Source of the DNA: Eledone cirrhosa
Lineage: Eukaryota
Assembly: GCA_964016885.1 (NCBI GenBank)
Contig: OZ024740.1
Span: forward strand, 97,278,001-97,342,000
Direction of reading: 5' to 3'
DNA length: 64,000 bases
The notes under the pieces were generated by a model. The model saw nothing but the letters and a program-made list of their open reading frames with translations, had not been told where the DNA came from and made no database searches. Position 1 is the stretch's first letter; every line of letters starts with the position of its first letter. Position numbers and translations under genes: made by a program. Of the stretch, positions 14,220 to 28,100 are shown piece after piece.

Positions 14220-15200
14220 GGAAATACTGTTTAGCATAAGGCAGTTTTGGTCAAACATATTTATGATCTAATACATTCCAACATGGATCATCTTTTTTTG
14301 TCAGACATAGTGTAGCTAAGACTATATGATTCCATTTCTTCAACCATTTTTTTATAAGAAGGTAAGGTGTGAGATGAGGAAAATTTGGTTTCTCTTTCTG
14401 ACAAGGATATAGGCCACACAGAGACTCCTTTTAAACCCATGTTGTTGATATTGTTGTAAATCTCTATTGATGTTGATCTTTAATCCACACATCTGATGTT
14501 CCTTTTCTCTAAACCCAGGCCATCAACCATGATCAAACAGACATATAATCATTCCATCATTAAATATCCCATCTTTTTGTTTATCTAGGACTATATAACT
14601 ATAATTCAATATGTCCCTGGAACTATACTATTCAATGAGATTTGGCTGATATTTCCACCATGCTTATCGACCTTGTAGATGTTTCCCCTGGCTACAATGA
14701 TATCAACATGACAAACTCAAACAGCTTTCATTCTTTCATCGTAATATCTTATGATAAATGAGTTTCAAAATATGAAGCTATGTACCAGAACAAATTGGAT
14801 TTCTCAGAGGAAAAATTCTTATACATATATTATATAGAGATCATCTATCAGTGGCAATGAAAATAAATTAGCAGTAAGCTGTCATATGATGTTGGTGAAA
14901 ATTTATGAACAACAATGAAAGCCTCTCTCTTCATATCTCTAAATATATTACAATGTCTATTATAAGTGAAATGGCAAATACAATATAGAGAGTTCAAATT
15001 CCCAGGTAAAAAATATATTGTTGTTTAACTCCAGACCTGTTCTGATCAATCAGACGACTCAACAGTGGATTAAAAACTATGAACATCCAAGCTTTTCTTC
15101 ATAATAAATGTATCTCCAACTACACTATCTAGTATGTTTTTCCTATCTTTTAAAATAACGTACTGTTATATGAAGGTAATTTGACTGGCATTTCTATATG
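14220..15200. repeat. Three degenerate copies of an old ~200-bp interspersed repeat (~14225-14430, 14510-14690, 15020-15200)
   Basis: Recurring blocks TGATCAA-CAGAC, TCTAGGACTA, GAGATTTGGCTG-TATTTC. Confidence 0.45.
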
Positions 15201-15204
15201 ACTT

Positions 15205-15725
15205 TCAAACTTTCTACACCTTTTACAGCCCTATCTACAGTACTGTTCCAACCCCATGTCATCCAACTGGCTGATATCTTGCCCCAGACACAAGTCTCAT
15301 TTATAGCCCTCAATATATTGTCCCACAGACATGTTCAGCTGTCTTCTATTATGACTAATTCCTCATCCTCCTTGTAAGGCTATTTAATGGCTTTTAAAAT
15401 ATCGGTATCCTTCTTTTCTAGACGGACGCAGGTTTCTATGTGCATGTATTTCATACTCTTAAGCCACATAGCATTAACTTTTGTTGCGTGGTGTATTCTT
15501 CCCAAGGGAAATCTTTAGCATTTACAACTATCTGGCAATTTCATTTCTTGGTGAGAAAGTAAATCTTGCTTGTGTGTTCTCCTGGATCGTAGATGATAGG
15601 GTGACTGGTCAGTTTTCTGAAGTTACTGCCACAGATTGTCAGGCCATGTGCATAACAGAACCCCAGGTGTCTTGGTCCCTCTTTATTTCTTATGTTAAAT
15701 ACATATCCCAACCATAAAAGATTGA
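15205..15725 (-). mobile_element. Ancient RTE-clade fragment (endonuclease C-terminus and linker)
   Basis: Minus strand gives RNKEG..LGFC..HGLTICGSNFRK..SHPIIY and TWGWNSTVDRAVK, matching the RTE TWWWN..V..A region. Confidence 0.6.
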
Positions 15726-16792
15726 ATGGTTATGGCTTGTTATAAAAAAAGTTAAAGCCTGCCTCAAGTCTTAAACCTCATTAGGTAGTAGTTTATCCTG
15801 GTTTCCTTGAAGCTAAGTGACTGTGAGTAGATGATAGAGTTAACCATGCAGCAGATAAGCGTTTCTTTCTGCTGAAGTGCTTTTCTCAGAGAATCAATGT
15901 CTCATTTAGTGAGGGAATTCATCACAGAACCATACAATTGTAAGTTTATCATCCTCATCACTAAGGTACGTGACATCAAATACATCATGAGTGGAATGTC
16001 TTTGACCTTAGGTCTTCTCTACTAGAGCTGGCTAAACAATATCAAAACTAATCCTCATCCATAGATGATACCCTTTGGTGTTTAGAACATCTTCACAATT
16101 TTTCTATTTGATTAATCTTCTTGTTACCAATAAGAAGGTTGTGAATCTCAGTACATACAGCAGAACCGTAATCACTAATAACATTGAATCTATTAGTAGA
16201 AGAAATCTAAAAGAATTCATATAGAAAAAGGAGGATGAAGATCAGGAGGATGAGGACGAAAAGAGGTTGTGGTGATGAAGATGATGATGATGAAGTATGT
16301 TCATTATGCATATCACTGAGGCTGACGTGTGTTGGGGAGATGTGTAGAGAAAGATTTTTAAAAGTATAGGAGAGAGGGAGAGCAGGAGTAGAAACAGACG
16401 AAAAAAGGTAATAATAATAATGATAATAATAGTAATAATAATATTAATGATAATAATAAGAAGAATAAGAGTAATAGTAAGAAAGATAATAGAATAAAAA
16501 GAAGAAGAATAGTTATATGAAATACATGTCTATTTCAACTGAATAGATAATTAATAACTATAAATGAGAAGCCAGAGGCATTTTTTTCTATGGCTATTGT
16601 TAGAAATGTCCATAGCTCATAGTGTAGTGTAAATGGATGATTACTTTATTTTAATCTTCCTATATGACTGTGTTTGCAGATGTATGCATATACGTATGTG
16701 TCTTACATGTGCACATAGTTAAGTTGATTTTTATATATATATACACACACACATATACTAACATGCACATATATAATGACATGCATATATAT

Positions 16793-16910
16793 ATAGGAAA
16801 AAGTATGACTCCGACGGCAGAGCTCAAGCAGTTTCGACGGCTATTTCTGGACTCAGAAATAGTTGTCGAAACGGCTTGAGCTCTGCCGTCGGGGTCATAC
16901 TTTTTCCTAT
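16793..16910. repeat. Near-perfect fold-back palindrome (57-bp arms, GACT loop) at a probable PLE terminal fragment
   Basis: ATAGGAAAAAGTATGACTCCGACGGCAGAGCTCAAGC...GCTTGAGCTCTGCCGTCGGGGTCATACTTTTTCCTAT. Confidence 0.9.
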
Positions 16911-16988
16911 TTCCAATCTACTACCCTAAGTATTGAGTACTCTGGTGCGTTATGGTCCATCTGGTTCCTTACTACAATTCCTTTGTTA

Positions 16989-17044
<56 letters not shown>

Positions 17045-17373
17045 GGATCACCTTTTCTTTTAAGCATGTGTTCAAACCAGAAGAGATTCAGAATTTAATA
17101 CAAAACACATACGCATGTATACATACACATGTATGTACACATGATAGTGCATGAGATTAAGTTCAGTTAACTATTTGTGTAGATGTGGAGGTGTGGGTAT
17201 ATTAATGCGTCTTTATGTAGATATATCTATATTGTAAAATATAATTCATATATATGGATAAGGAAATTAATGTGGTTATGAATTGGTCTATAATGATTTG
17301 TACGTTCATTTTTCTATATTTGAGAGTGTAACGATTTCAGGCAATATAAGCCGCCTAAGCCATGCTAGCGTGG

Positions 17374-17415
<42 letters not shown>

Positions 17416-17422
<7 letters not shown>

Positions 17423-18172
17423 AGAATTTATATCTAGTAACATTTATATACATACAGATGCATACCAATGCTAGCAAATATATAGGTTTTGTCTTAGTAA
17501 CATTGTGGTTCAATGCATGGGGTTGCAGAACAATAATATGAGAGACGTAAGATAAGAAAATTATAAAATTATAAAAAAATTATAAAATTGACTTACTTAC
17601 TAAAATATCACTTCCAACTAATTAGTTTCTGGAATGGAGTAAATATATTTTCCGAAGAATATATTGAAAAGCATTCCGTCGTCAGGAAAGTCTATTTTCA
17701 TGTAAGTTACTAGGCATAGCGAGGACTCTGGAAACTTATTAAAAAAGTAATTCAGTGGAAAGGAAATAGCGAAGCGTGGACTGAAATCCTAGCCATTGAG
17801 AAAATCACTGCCTCTACGTCTGTGGCAAATTCAAAAAGAATCAATCACGTGACATCGAGGTCAATCAGTGGAAAGCGAGTTGTTAATAAGACAGCGGCCT
17901 GCCTACTACTATAGCAGCAGTCATGGCCAATATTGCTCGACAAATGAATTGGAGATAATTATAAAGAATTTTTATCTAGTAACATTTATATACATACAGA
18001 TGCATATCAATGCTAGCAAATATATAGGTTTTGTCTTAGTAACATTGTGGTTCAATGCGTGGGGTTGCAGAACAATAATATGAGAAACGTCAGATAAGAA
18101 AATTATAAAATTATGAAAAAATTATAAAATTGACTTACTTTTTTTATAATTTTATAATTTTCTTATCTTACG

Positions 18173-18182
<10 letters not shown>
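17416..18182 (-). mobile_element. Non-coding hammerhead-bearing unit (~541-bp period, ~1.3 copies), retrozyme-like or non-autonomous PLE
   Basis: 17416-17600 repeated at 17957-18140; short inverted copy at ~18140-18182; hammerhead at 17611-17690; (TA)n on both sides. Confidence 0.7.
17611..17690 (-). ncRNA. Type I hammerhead ribozyme, extended stem II
   Basis: cuuuc-CUGACGA-c-GGAAUG...CAUUCC-a-GAAAC-uaauua-GUU-ggaag; stem I cuuuc/ggaag; palindromic loop 3. Confidence 0.75.
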
Positions 18183-18650
<468 letters not shown>

Positions 18651-20862
18651 TGTCGGGGAGAAGTGTGTACTTAATGATGATGGCATACTTGCCATCACTG
18701 ACGCTGATAAGAAGGTAGCTTAGAAGTGTCACTACGAAAGGCTTCTAAATGAGGAGAACAAATGGGAGAAAGACAGTCTCCCCCACATCGACCCAATAGA
18801 GGGACCAGCAGTGTTAGTCGAAGGTAGTATAATAAGTAAGGCAATCAAAAATATGAAGACGGGTAAGGCGGCTGGGCCTTCGGAAATAGTTGCTGAGATG
18901 CTGAAAGCCTCTGGAATGGTGGGACACACCATGGTCACCCGGATAGTAAACCAAGTCATACAGAATGGGGTTGTTCCGAAGGACTGGCATAGCAGCATCA
19001 TCATTAACTGTTACAAGGGTAAAGGAGATGCCCTAGATAGGTGTAACTATAGAGGCATTAAATTAATCGACCAGGTCATGAAGGTCACGGAAAAAGTAAT
19101 AGCGCAACTAATCAGAGAGAGAATTGATCTTGATGAAATGCAGTTCGGGTTTGTGTCAGGCAAAAGTACCACAGACGCTCTTTTCATTGTACGACAACTA
19201 CAGGAGAAGTACCTAGTTAAAAGTAAACCCCTATACTTAGCTTTTGTTGACTTGGAGAAAGCCTTCGACAGAGTCCCCCGTTCCATTATCTGGTGGGCTC
19301 TTAGAAAACTAGGTGTTGACGAATGGCTTGTGAGAGCTATACAAGCCATGTATAAAGAAACAGTCAGCAAGGTTAGAATTAACAACGAATATAGTGAAGA
19401 GTTTAGCGCAAAAGTTGGTGTCCATCAGGGCTCTGTTCTTAGCCCCCTACTATTTATTATTGCCCTTCAGGCTATAACAGTGGAGTTCAAGACCGGCTGC
19501 CCATGGGAACTCCTATACGCAGATGATCTAACGCTCATAGCTGAATCAATGACCGAACTAGAGAAGAAATTCCAAACATGGAAGCACGGCCTAGAATCAA
19601 AAGGCCTTAAAATTAATCTGGCTAAGACAAAAGTTCTAGTTTGTAGGAAAGAAAATAAGGCGCCGGTCCCTTCCGGGAAATGGCCATGCTCAGTGTGTAG
19701 GAAAGGCGTAGGTAGAAACTCCATTTTATGTCCCAAGTGCAAAGTATGCGTGCATAAAAGATGTAGTGGGATCACAGGTAAGCTAACTAAGAACATAGAT
19801 TTTACATGTGGCCGGTGCTCTGGTGCAATAAGTAGCAGCAAGTGCCCACAAAATACTAGCTCTTTCAATTGCGCAGAGGGTTCTATAGAAATAGAGGACA
19901 GCTTCCGTTACCTGGGTGACAAAATCAGCAGTGGGGGAGGGTGCTCTGAAAGTACAGTAGCTAGAGTCAGAACTGGATGGAAAAAGTTCAGAGAGCTTAT
20001 ACCACTATTAGCCGCTAAAGGGTTCTCCCTAAAAATGAAAGGCAGGTTATATGATGCCTGCATACGAACAGCAATGCTGCATGGCAGTGAGACCTGGGCA
20101 TTGTGTCCAGAGGATATACGCAGACTAGAGAGGAACGAAGCTTTCATGCTCCGCTGGATGTGTAATAGTAATATACGTGAACGGCTAAGCATAAACGAAC
20201 TAAGGAAAAAATTAGAAATAAGAGGGATCAGATGTTGTTTACTCGAGAGAAGGCTACGTTGGTATGGTCACGTGATGCGCGTGAGGGACGACAGCTGTAT
20301 GAGGAGGTGCAGGGCAATAAAGATAGACGGTAGCCACGGAGTAGGCAGACCCAGAAAAACCTGGGACGACATGATAAATTCCGACCTCACACGCTTACAC
20401 CTCTCCAAGACAATGTCACTGGACCGAGACATTTGGCGGTACTCAGTAATAGAGAAGACCCGCCTTACCTAAATACAAAATAAAACCTACTACAGTCAGT
20501 AGGCATCTCTAACAAAACACCCCACCCCCACCCTACCCCATCCACACCGCCCCTTTCAATGTAAAGTTATGTTGGTGCCACAACATCCAGGCCGAAACAA
20601 ATGAGATCGTGTAGGTAACACGACAAAAAACACACTGTCCACGCTGTAATGTGGCCGTGTAGGCAACACGGTAAAAACCTCCCAGCCCCATACTGTAAAT
20701 GTGGTTGGTGTTAGGAAGGGCATCCAGCTGTAGAAAACCCGCCAGACAGTCCTATGCGAGCAAGACAATCACTCTTGCCTCAAGTGGGAAAACCCCCGTC
20801 CAAACCCATGCAAGCGTGGAACACGGACGTTAAACGTTGATGATGATGATGATGATGATGAT
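18651..20862 (+). mobile_element. 5'-truncated RTE-clade LINE with (GAT)n tail
   Basis: Complete RT; 3' UTR GGTGTTAGGAAGGGCATCCAGCTGTAGAAA; ends GGACGTTAAACGTT(GAT)n; flanked by (TA)n. Confidence 0.92.
18811..20472 (+). CDS. RTE reverse transcriptase (endonuclease missing) with internal PHD-like Cys-rich insert
   Basis: 553-aa ORF: YRGIKL, QFGF, FVDLEKAFD, GVHQGSVLSP, LLYADD, FRYLG, RLRWYGHV, GRPRKTW; frame extends upstream to 18652 through one TAG. Confidence 0.88.
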   Translation: MLVEGSIISKAIKNMKTGKAAGPSEIVAEMLKASGMVGHTMVTRIVNQVIQNGVVPKDWHSSIIINCYKGKGDALDRCNYRGIKLIDQVMKVTEKVIAQLIRERIDLDEMQFGFVSGKSTTDALFIVRQLQEKYLVKSKPLYLAFVDLEKAFDRVPRSIIWWALRKLGVDEWLVRAIQAMYKETVSKVRINNEYSEEFSAKVGVHQGSVLSPLLFIIALQAITVEFKTGCPWELLYADDLTLIAESMTELEKKFQTWKHGLESKGLKINLAKTKVLVCRKENKAPVPSGKWPCSVCRKGVGRNSILCPKCKVCVHKRCSGITGKLTKNIDFTCGRCSGAISSSKCPQNTSSFNCAEGSIEIEDSFRYLGDKISSGGGCSESTVARVRTGWKKFRELIPLLAAKGFSLKMKGRLYDACIRTAMLHGSETWALCPEDIRRLERNEAFMLRWMCNSNIRERLSINELRKKLEIRGIRCCLLERRLRWYGHVMRVRDDSCMRRCRAIKIDGSHGVGRPRKTWDDMINSDLTRLHLSKTMSLDRDIWRYSVIEKTRLT

Positions 20863-20868
20863 ATATAA

Positions 20869-20941
<73 letters not shown>

Positions 20942-20946
<5 letters not shown>

Positions 20947-21718
20947 ATACTTGGGGAGGGTCATATTTGTGTAATATTGCCAGAATTAATAACAGAACAC
21001 ACTCACTGTTTGGTTGGTTTTCGCTTCTCGCTGTCTTTTATATCGGTAATCTAACTTACTCGGTCCTCAATGTTGCCATTGACTGACCGACGGTAAAAAA
21101 TAATACAGATACAATATAGACACAAACACATATATATAGTTTATCATAAATCTTTCGTTGCACAACTGCAACATCGTCATTGGTGTTATATTTTCCTCCT
21201 GTTGTGTTGTATGTCTACGCCATTTTTTATTCAGTCTGTCTATATATTTATTTATTTATTTGCTTGTTTGTTTATTTTATTTTGTTTTGTCTTCTTTGCG
21301 CATGCGTTTGCGTGTGTGTATAGTGTTATGTTTGCTGTGTGATGGGTGACTAGTGTGTGTTTATGTGCTTGTTGTTATTGTGCTTGTGTATGTATTTATT
21401 TATTTATTTATCTTATTTTATTTACTTATTTATACTTCTCTTAGGTCAGTGTTGTTTGTTTGGGTGTTGTTGTTATTCCATTCATTCTTTCTGTTTAGCT
21501 TTGGTCTTCTAATTTCTATTTCACTGGCCTCTCTGATTTGCCTATCTGCTGGGTCATTTCTATGTTTAGATATTATTCTAATTTCTATGTCGTCTATGTT
21601 ACCGTCATGTTGTTGTCTAGCATGTTCGTATAGTACTGACCCGTTTTTTCGTCCTTTTAGTTCCCCCCAGTGTTGGTCTATCATATAAAAAACCTCGCAA
21701 AACTAATTCATCGCCGCT
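20942..21718 (-). mobile_element. PLE 3' fragment (GIY-YIG C-terminus and 3' UTR)
   Basis: ORF 21684-21430 ..QH..LYEH..QH..DRQIREASEI..LNRKNEW resembles PLE GIY-YIG C-termini; terminal TTGTTATACTT.GGGAGGGTCAT recurs at ~22277. Confidence 0.6.
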
Positions 21719-21728
21719 ATATATATAA

Positions 21729-21761
<33 letters not shown>

Positions 21762-21783
21762 AATATATATTTATATATATTTA

Positions 21784-21854
<71 letters not shown>

Positions 21855-22044
21855 GGTTATGCACGAGTGCATTAATGTTTTCCAGGACACAGTGTTATGT
21901 ACCGTGTAGGGGAAGGTCAGCTTACAACAGAGTGGTGCTCAACGAAATGCAGAAAATAGGTGTATATTCCAGTTTAGCTATACTCCGGGGCGTGTATAAA
22001 GAATCAAAAAGAACAGAAAGATGCAATAAAAGAGATTTATTCGG

Positions 22045-22165
22045 TTCTTTTGTACGTTTCAATAGACATCAATTCGCCTAGATCTCGCTGCATCTATAAT
22101 ATTATATAGTTAGTAGAGCATTCGACATCCAATGTACAATCGATTCCATATCATCAGAGATTATG
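22045..22165 (-). ncRNA. Putative hammerhead with ~90-nt stem II region, in a short TA-flanked fragment (21855-22170)
   Basis: CUGAUGA (22157-22151), AUGGAAUCGAUU/AAUUGAUGUCUAU pairing, GAAAC-GUA (22060-22053); stems I and III weak. Confidence 0.45.
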
Positions 22166-22192
22166 TTTTTCTATATATATATATATATATAT

Positions 22193-22281
<89 letters not shown>

Positions 22282-22330
22282 ATACTTTGGGAGGGTCATG
22301 TTGCCAATAAAAATAAATATAAATATAAAT

Positions 22331-22391
<61 letters not shown>

Positions 22392-22395
<4 letters not shown>

Positions 22396-25150
22396 AGAGG
22401 CCCGGTGAAACTCAGTAACATGAGTAACATTTCCTACCTGGAAGACTTAGCCATAAGCAATCAAGCACTATGCATGGCACTAACCGAAACGCATCTGACA
22501 AGCAGTATAGCGGATGCAGAAATACATATACCGAAATATACTGTATTTCGTTCGGAGAGGAAGGAGAGAACTCATGCTGAGGTTGCTCTGTATATCCGTG
22601 AAGATGTCACATCAATTGTACTGTTGACACATTCAAACTCAGTCTGTGACACACTGATAATACATATGAAGCAACTACAGACAGTAATATGTGTCACATA
22701 TCGGCCGCCCGATGCCCCCAGTCATGAGGGTAAATTTGAGGATAGCCTAAGTAGGATAGAAGAGGTCCTTGACAAACTGGACCAGGGTCTCAACATCCTA
22801 CTGCTGGAAGACTTCAACCTACCAAAGATCAAATGGCCTGAGGGCCACCTCCTCCCTGGAATGATGTCAATAGAACAGAGACAGACGGAATCCCTGCTGG
22901 CCCTCACACACAGGCTGTTCATGGAGCAAGCAATACTCCTCCCAACGAGAGGGGGAAATGTCCTGGACCTCTGTTTTACAAACAACGAAATGCTCATCCA
23001 CAATGTAAAGGTGACACCAACATTTCTCTCGGATCATAACTTAGTAGAGCTAATGATATGTGGTCCAAGAGAACCAACAGATACAAAACCACCAAGAAGC
23101 TCCGGGACGCTATCCAGCCTTAACTTCTACAAGGCTAACTGGAAAAAGATTAACAGAGAAATCCGTAAGAAACATGGAGTGAAAACACCGCCACACAAGA
23201 CACTAACACACAATTTCAACACTTCATGACAACGATACACACTATATGCAAAAAGTTTGTCCCGGAGAAAGAGACAAACAGACACACAAATCTTATTCCC
23301 AGAAATAGGAAAATCTTTATGAGACGTAGAACTAAACTCTCAAACCAGTTGAATAGTCAACAAAACAAAAACAAGAAGGAATCCTATTTGAAACGTGCAC
23401 TACTTGACACCGAGATTGCACTCAAACTTTCACATGAGAATGAGAGGGCAAAGAAAGAGAACAGGGCCATAGAAAACATTAAAACAAACCCTAAGGCCTT
23501 CTTTAAATTTGCAAAAGAAACTGCCTCAGTACACTGCAAGATTGGGCCACTCTTCCACACGGACGGTTCATTAACCGAAAACCCCCAGGAGATATGTGAA
23601 ATACTGAACGAACAGTACAAAAGTGTCTTCACATGTCCACTGAGGCACATGCAAATAACGAAGCCGAGGAGTTCTTTGATGCCACAACACTACATCAAGA
23701 AATGGCAACCATCAACCACATAGACATAACGGAGGAGGATGTGGCGTACGCCATTGATGAAATTATAACAGACTCGGCTGCTGGACCTGATGGATTCCCA
23801 GCAGTTCTCTTAAATATATGTAAGCGGGCTTTAGCAACTCCACTGAAGATACACTTCAGAAGCTCCTTGGCTAGCGGTGTACTACCCAGAGAGCTGAAAG
23901 AAGGCACAATATGCCCTATCCATAAAGGAGGTAGTAGAGCGGAGGCCAAGAACTATAGGCCAGTCTCCCTGACGTCGCATATCAGTAAGGTCATGGAGCG
24001 AGTCGTCAGAAAGAAACTAATCACTTTCCTCGAGGAAAATGACCGCCTGACTAGCACGCAACATGGCTTCCGCCCAGGAAGAAGCTCCCTTACACAGCTG
24101 CTACATCACTACGACAGGGTACTGAGACAACTACTAGACAGCTCACATGTGGACGTGATATATCTTGACTTTGCGAAGGCTTTTGACAAGGTCGACCACG
24201 GAATGATATGTCACAAACTACACGGACTCGGCATAACTGGAAAAGTAGGTGAGTGGCTGCATGGCTTCCTAAGGGACAGAAGCCAGGCAGTCGCAGCAAA
24301 TGGGGCCCTCTCGAGGGAAACACCGATAACAAGTGGGGCGCCCCAGGGGACAGTCCTGGGACCACTACTGTTTTTGGTAGCTCTCTCGGACATGCCCTCT
24401 GTGGTGCATGCAACATATCCCTCACTAGCTATGCTGATGAAACTAAGGTAGCACAGGCAATCAAAAACCCGGCTGATGCTGCCCTTTTATAGCAGGATCT
24501 GGATGCCATATACAGATGGGCAGAAGAAAACAACATGTAGTTTAATGCTGGCAAATTCCAAGCCCTACAATACAAACCTGCAAACACAAATATAGTGGAA
24601 CACAGCTACACAGGACCAGGAGCGACCGATATCCCCGTGTCAAAATCGATACGAGACCTGGGCATAGACATGAGCGATGATGCATCTTTTACTTCACACA
24701 TCATGAAAGTGGCGACAACTCGCTGGCTGGATCTTGAGGACTTTCCGGACAAGAGATCGAGACACCATGTTGACACTGTGGAGGACTTTTGTCCTAAGCC
24801 GCCGGGAATACTGCTCCCAGTTGTGATCACCCCATAGTGTCAAATTAACCACGGAGCTTGAGGCAATCCAGCGAAGCTACACCAAGAGGATTGACAAGAT
24901 GAGGGAGACAAGCTACTGGGAGAGGCTGAAGGAACTGAACCTCTACTCCTTGGAGCGAAGACGGGAGAGATACGCAGTGATCTACATGTGGAAAATCCTG
25001 GAGGGACTAGCACCAAACTTTGGCATTGGGAGCTGGACCAACCGTCGAACAGGACGTCACTGTGTGGTGCCAAAGGTCCCGTCTTCCACATCTAGAATAA
25101 GGAGCAGGTATTGCAATAGCCTGGGATTCAAGGCCCCTCAACTCTTCAAC
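22392..25150 (+). mobile_element. CR1/L2-group LINE ORF2 (APE + RT), frameshifted, truncated at both ends
   Basis: ALTETHL, TYRPP, DFNLP, VLDLCFTN, LSDH; NYRPVSLTS, QHGFR, YLDFAKAFDKVDH, PQGTVLGP, YADE; YWERLKELNLYSLERRRER; cut at PQLFN by PLE sequence. Confidence 0.9.
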
Positions 25151-28100
25151 AGACATGATATGAAGGTTAAAAATCACTTGTGGATAGAGCAGTTTTAAAT
25201 CAACATATGAAAAGTAGTTTTAGATTGATGTGTGATGTTGGGAAAAATATTTTATTTTGAGGGGGGGGGTGAAAAAGAGGGGGAGATGAGAGTAAAAAAT
25301 GGAGAGGGAGGAGTATAATGAGGAAGGATGAGATAGGAGGAGAGATGGGTGATAGAGAGAGAGAGAGATAGCTTTTATAACTGAGAAAAATATATTGTTT
25401 TACATAGAGAGGTTGAAAAACCGTTGGAAGATAATGTATAAATTAAAGAATTTGAAAATTAACGAAGAGAAAAATAATGTAAAGTTAAGGTTTGTATATT
25501 GAAGGGTTTAATAATATGTGCGATGGAAAGAAAAAGTTAATATGTATTAAGAATAATATTTAAGGGTTTAATAATATGTGCGATGGAAAGAAAATTTTGA
25601 TATGTATTATTAAAAAGAACAACAAGTAATTTAATTAAGGATATATTGTGAGATGAGCATGGATAGGTTAGATGAAAGCGAGAAAAAAATAATGAATTGA
25701 GGATGAATAATCTAACGTCAAAAAAATGTTTATGTTTACGAAGTATTTTTACAAGGTGATATAGAGTAAGAATGTATTGTATTATGTAATAATTGTTTCT
25801 ATGTTAGGCAACAGTGAGAAAAGATACAGATTAGGGGTTAGACATTAAAAGAAAAAGAGAAGAAAGTGAAGAGATAAATAGGAGTGATATAGAATGAGTA
25901 GCACGTATTATATAATGTATAATAAATAACTTTGAAATAAGGTAGAAAGATGGGTATATTTTTTAAAGAAGTATATATATTTATATATATGTGCCTTTGA
26001 GAAAAAGATTCTAAATTGATAAAGTTTTGGATATTAGCTGTATACTTTGTGGAATGTTTTGTGGAATTTATGCAGCAGATAGAAAACAAGTCAGTGCGTC
26101 TATTTATTATAGAATCTAAATTAATGGTAAATTTTTCATTTAGACAGAGATTGCAAATCTTGGATAGAGAACTGTTCAAGTATGGAGACGCAGAAGAAAC
26201 CTTCTTCCAAAAGATGCTATATTTAATATTTTTGTCTTTCAAGGACCATATGAGTTCTGAGAGAGCCGTGTTGGTTCTTTTAAGTTTTTATTTAAAAGAC
26301 GAATGATGGTTATAAAGACGAGCTTTATAGGAGGTGGAAGTGGAGCCAAAATAGGTGAAGGAATTGGTGTCAGTTATAACTTTACATTCGTAAATTAAGG
26401 TTTTATCAAGACTGGTTGTTGAGAAGACATTTATTTTTAACAGGGCAATTGCAATTGCGATTAGAGAGATTATTAACGAGTGACCTAGTGTTATCTATAG
26501 AAGGAATTGGATTGGAGAAGTTATTTGCGAGAGAAATAATAGTTTCTTGATTTAGAATGGGATTAAGAACATTTAGCGAAGTTGTGTTTGACGTTGTATT
26601 TGGGTTTGCAGAAATTAGCCTAGGGTTTACAATGACGTCGGGAGTACTATTACTATTATTATGATATTCAGTGTTGGAAGGAAGAGATTTAGTATTTAGT
26701 ATTTTATTGTTGTGTTTAGAGATAATGTTGGAAATGTTGGAGGATGTTGAATAGGAAAATTTTATATTGTGTTTGTTAAATATTTTACTATAGATATGTG
26801 AGGGAGGGAAGCATTTATTTAAGGCACTAAAGAATAATTTAGGAATATTATTATTAATAGAGATGGAGAAAGGAGCATTATACCAGATTGTTTTTGTATC
26901 TAGGTCTTTTATTAAAGTTATTGGAATGATCATGATTAATTATTCTACTGTAAGATCTTCTAGAATTTTTTTCTTTACTATATTTGATTTTATCAGGATA
27001 GCCGGCTTTAGAAAGCGCGTTATTATAGTAATTAGCGTTAGCATCAAAGATGTTTTTATTAGAAGATAGGTTAGATATTATTTTTCCAATATTACTAACT
27101 ATAGCATTCTTAATATTAGTGGGGTGGTCAGATTTAAAATTAACATAATTTAGGTTCTTATTGTTTTTATGGTAGGGCAATATAGGCCAGTGTCAAGATT
27201 AAGAGATACATCCAAGAAATTAGCTAGTTTGATGCTGTTATCAAATTAAATTTTTAAGTTATGTTGGTTAAAGAGATTACGTATATTGTTCTTAATAATA
27301 TTAAGGTTAACTATGTTGCAATTTAAGATAGTAAAGAGTCCATCGTCACGATAAATTCCACCGCGAAGTTGAGGAATTTTCCGACTCAAAGAGTTCAAAA
27401 TAAAGATACCAATTAAATCTGTCAATTGGGATGAATCGGATGTTCCCATTGTGATGTCGAAGTTGTTAGAGGTATCAGCTCTGGTCCAATATTCATTGTT
27501 GAACCCTAGGATGGTTTTACGTTCGGTGAGAATGATGTGAAGTTCATCTGTGGTGATGTCAGAATATTTAAATGCGAAAGATAGAGCATTGTTGAGAAGT
27601 GAAGGCGAAATAGAAGAATAGTAGCTGGCAATATCAAATTGAACAAATTTTAGTTTGTTTTTATTATTCAATTTGTTGAACCAGCCAATCACTTCAGAAG
27701 TACCAAACCATAAATTTAAGTTCAAAGAAGAGCAATTAGAACGAACCTGTGGGAAAATTCTATTCAATATGGCTTTGCTAACAACCCCCAGATCAGATTT
27801 AGAGGGTGCGATTAACAGGTAGTTCAGTACGAAAATTGTTTTTGTGATCCTTGAGATTTATCCTCGGAGTTCTTGGGAGGAATGGTTCGGTCTTTTTTCC
27901 GATGCCAAGTTTTGACATAATCTCAGAAGCTTCAAAGCATTATACCAGATTATGTTTTTGTATCTTGGTCTTTTATTAAAGTTATTGGAATGATCATGAT
28001 TAATTGTTCGACTGTAAGATCTTCTAGAATTTGTTTCTTTACTATATTTGATTTTATCAGGATAGCCGGCTTTAGAAAGCGCGTTATTATAGTAATTGGC

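Noticed and set aside
12725-16700. Host gene exons in the least repetitive region
   Set aside because: No recognisable protein similarity or convincing exon; small exons cannot be excluded without transcript data
17325-17375. Partial hammerhead (AGGC..GCCU-GAAA on minus)
   Set aside because: The 5' core is absent, so it cannot be supported
20990-21100. Hammerhead in the tail of the 20942-21718 PLE fragment
   Set aside because: GAAA is present but no convincing CUGANGA-type core or stems
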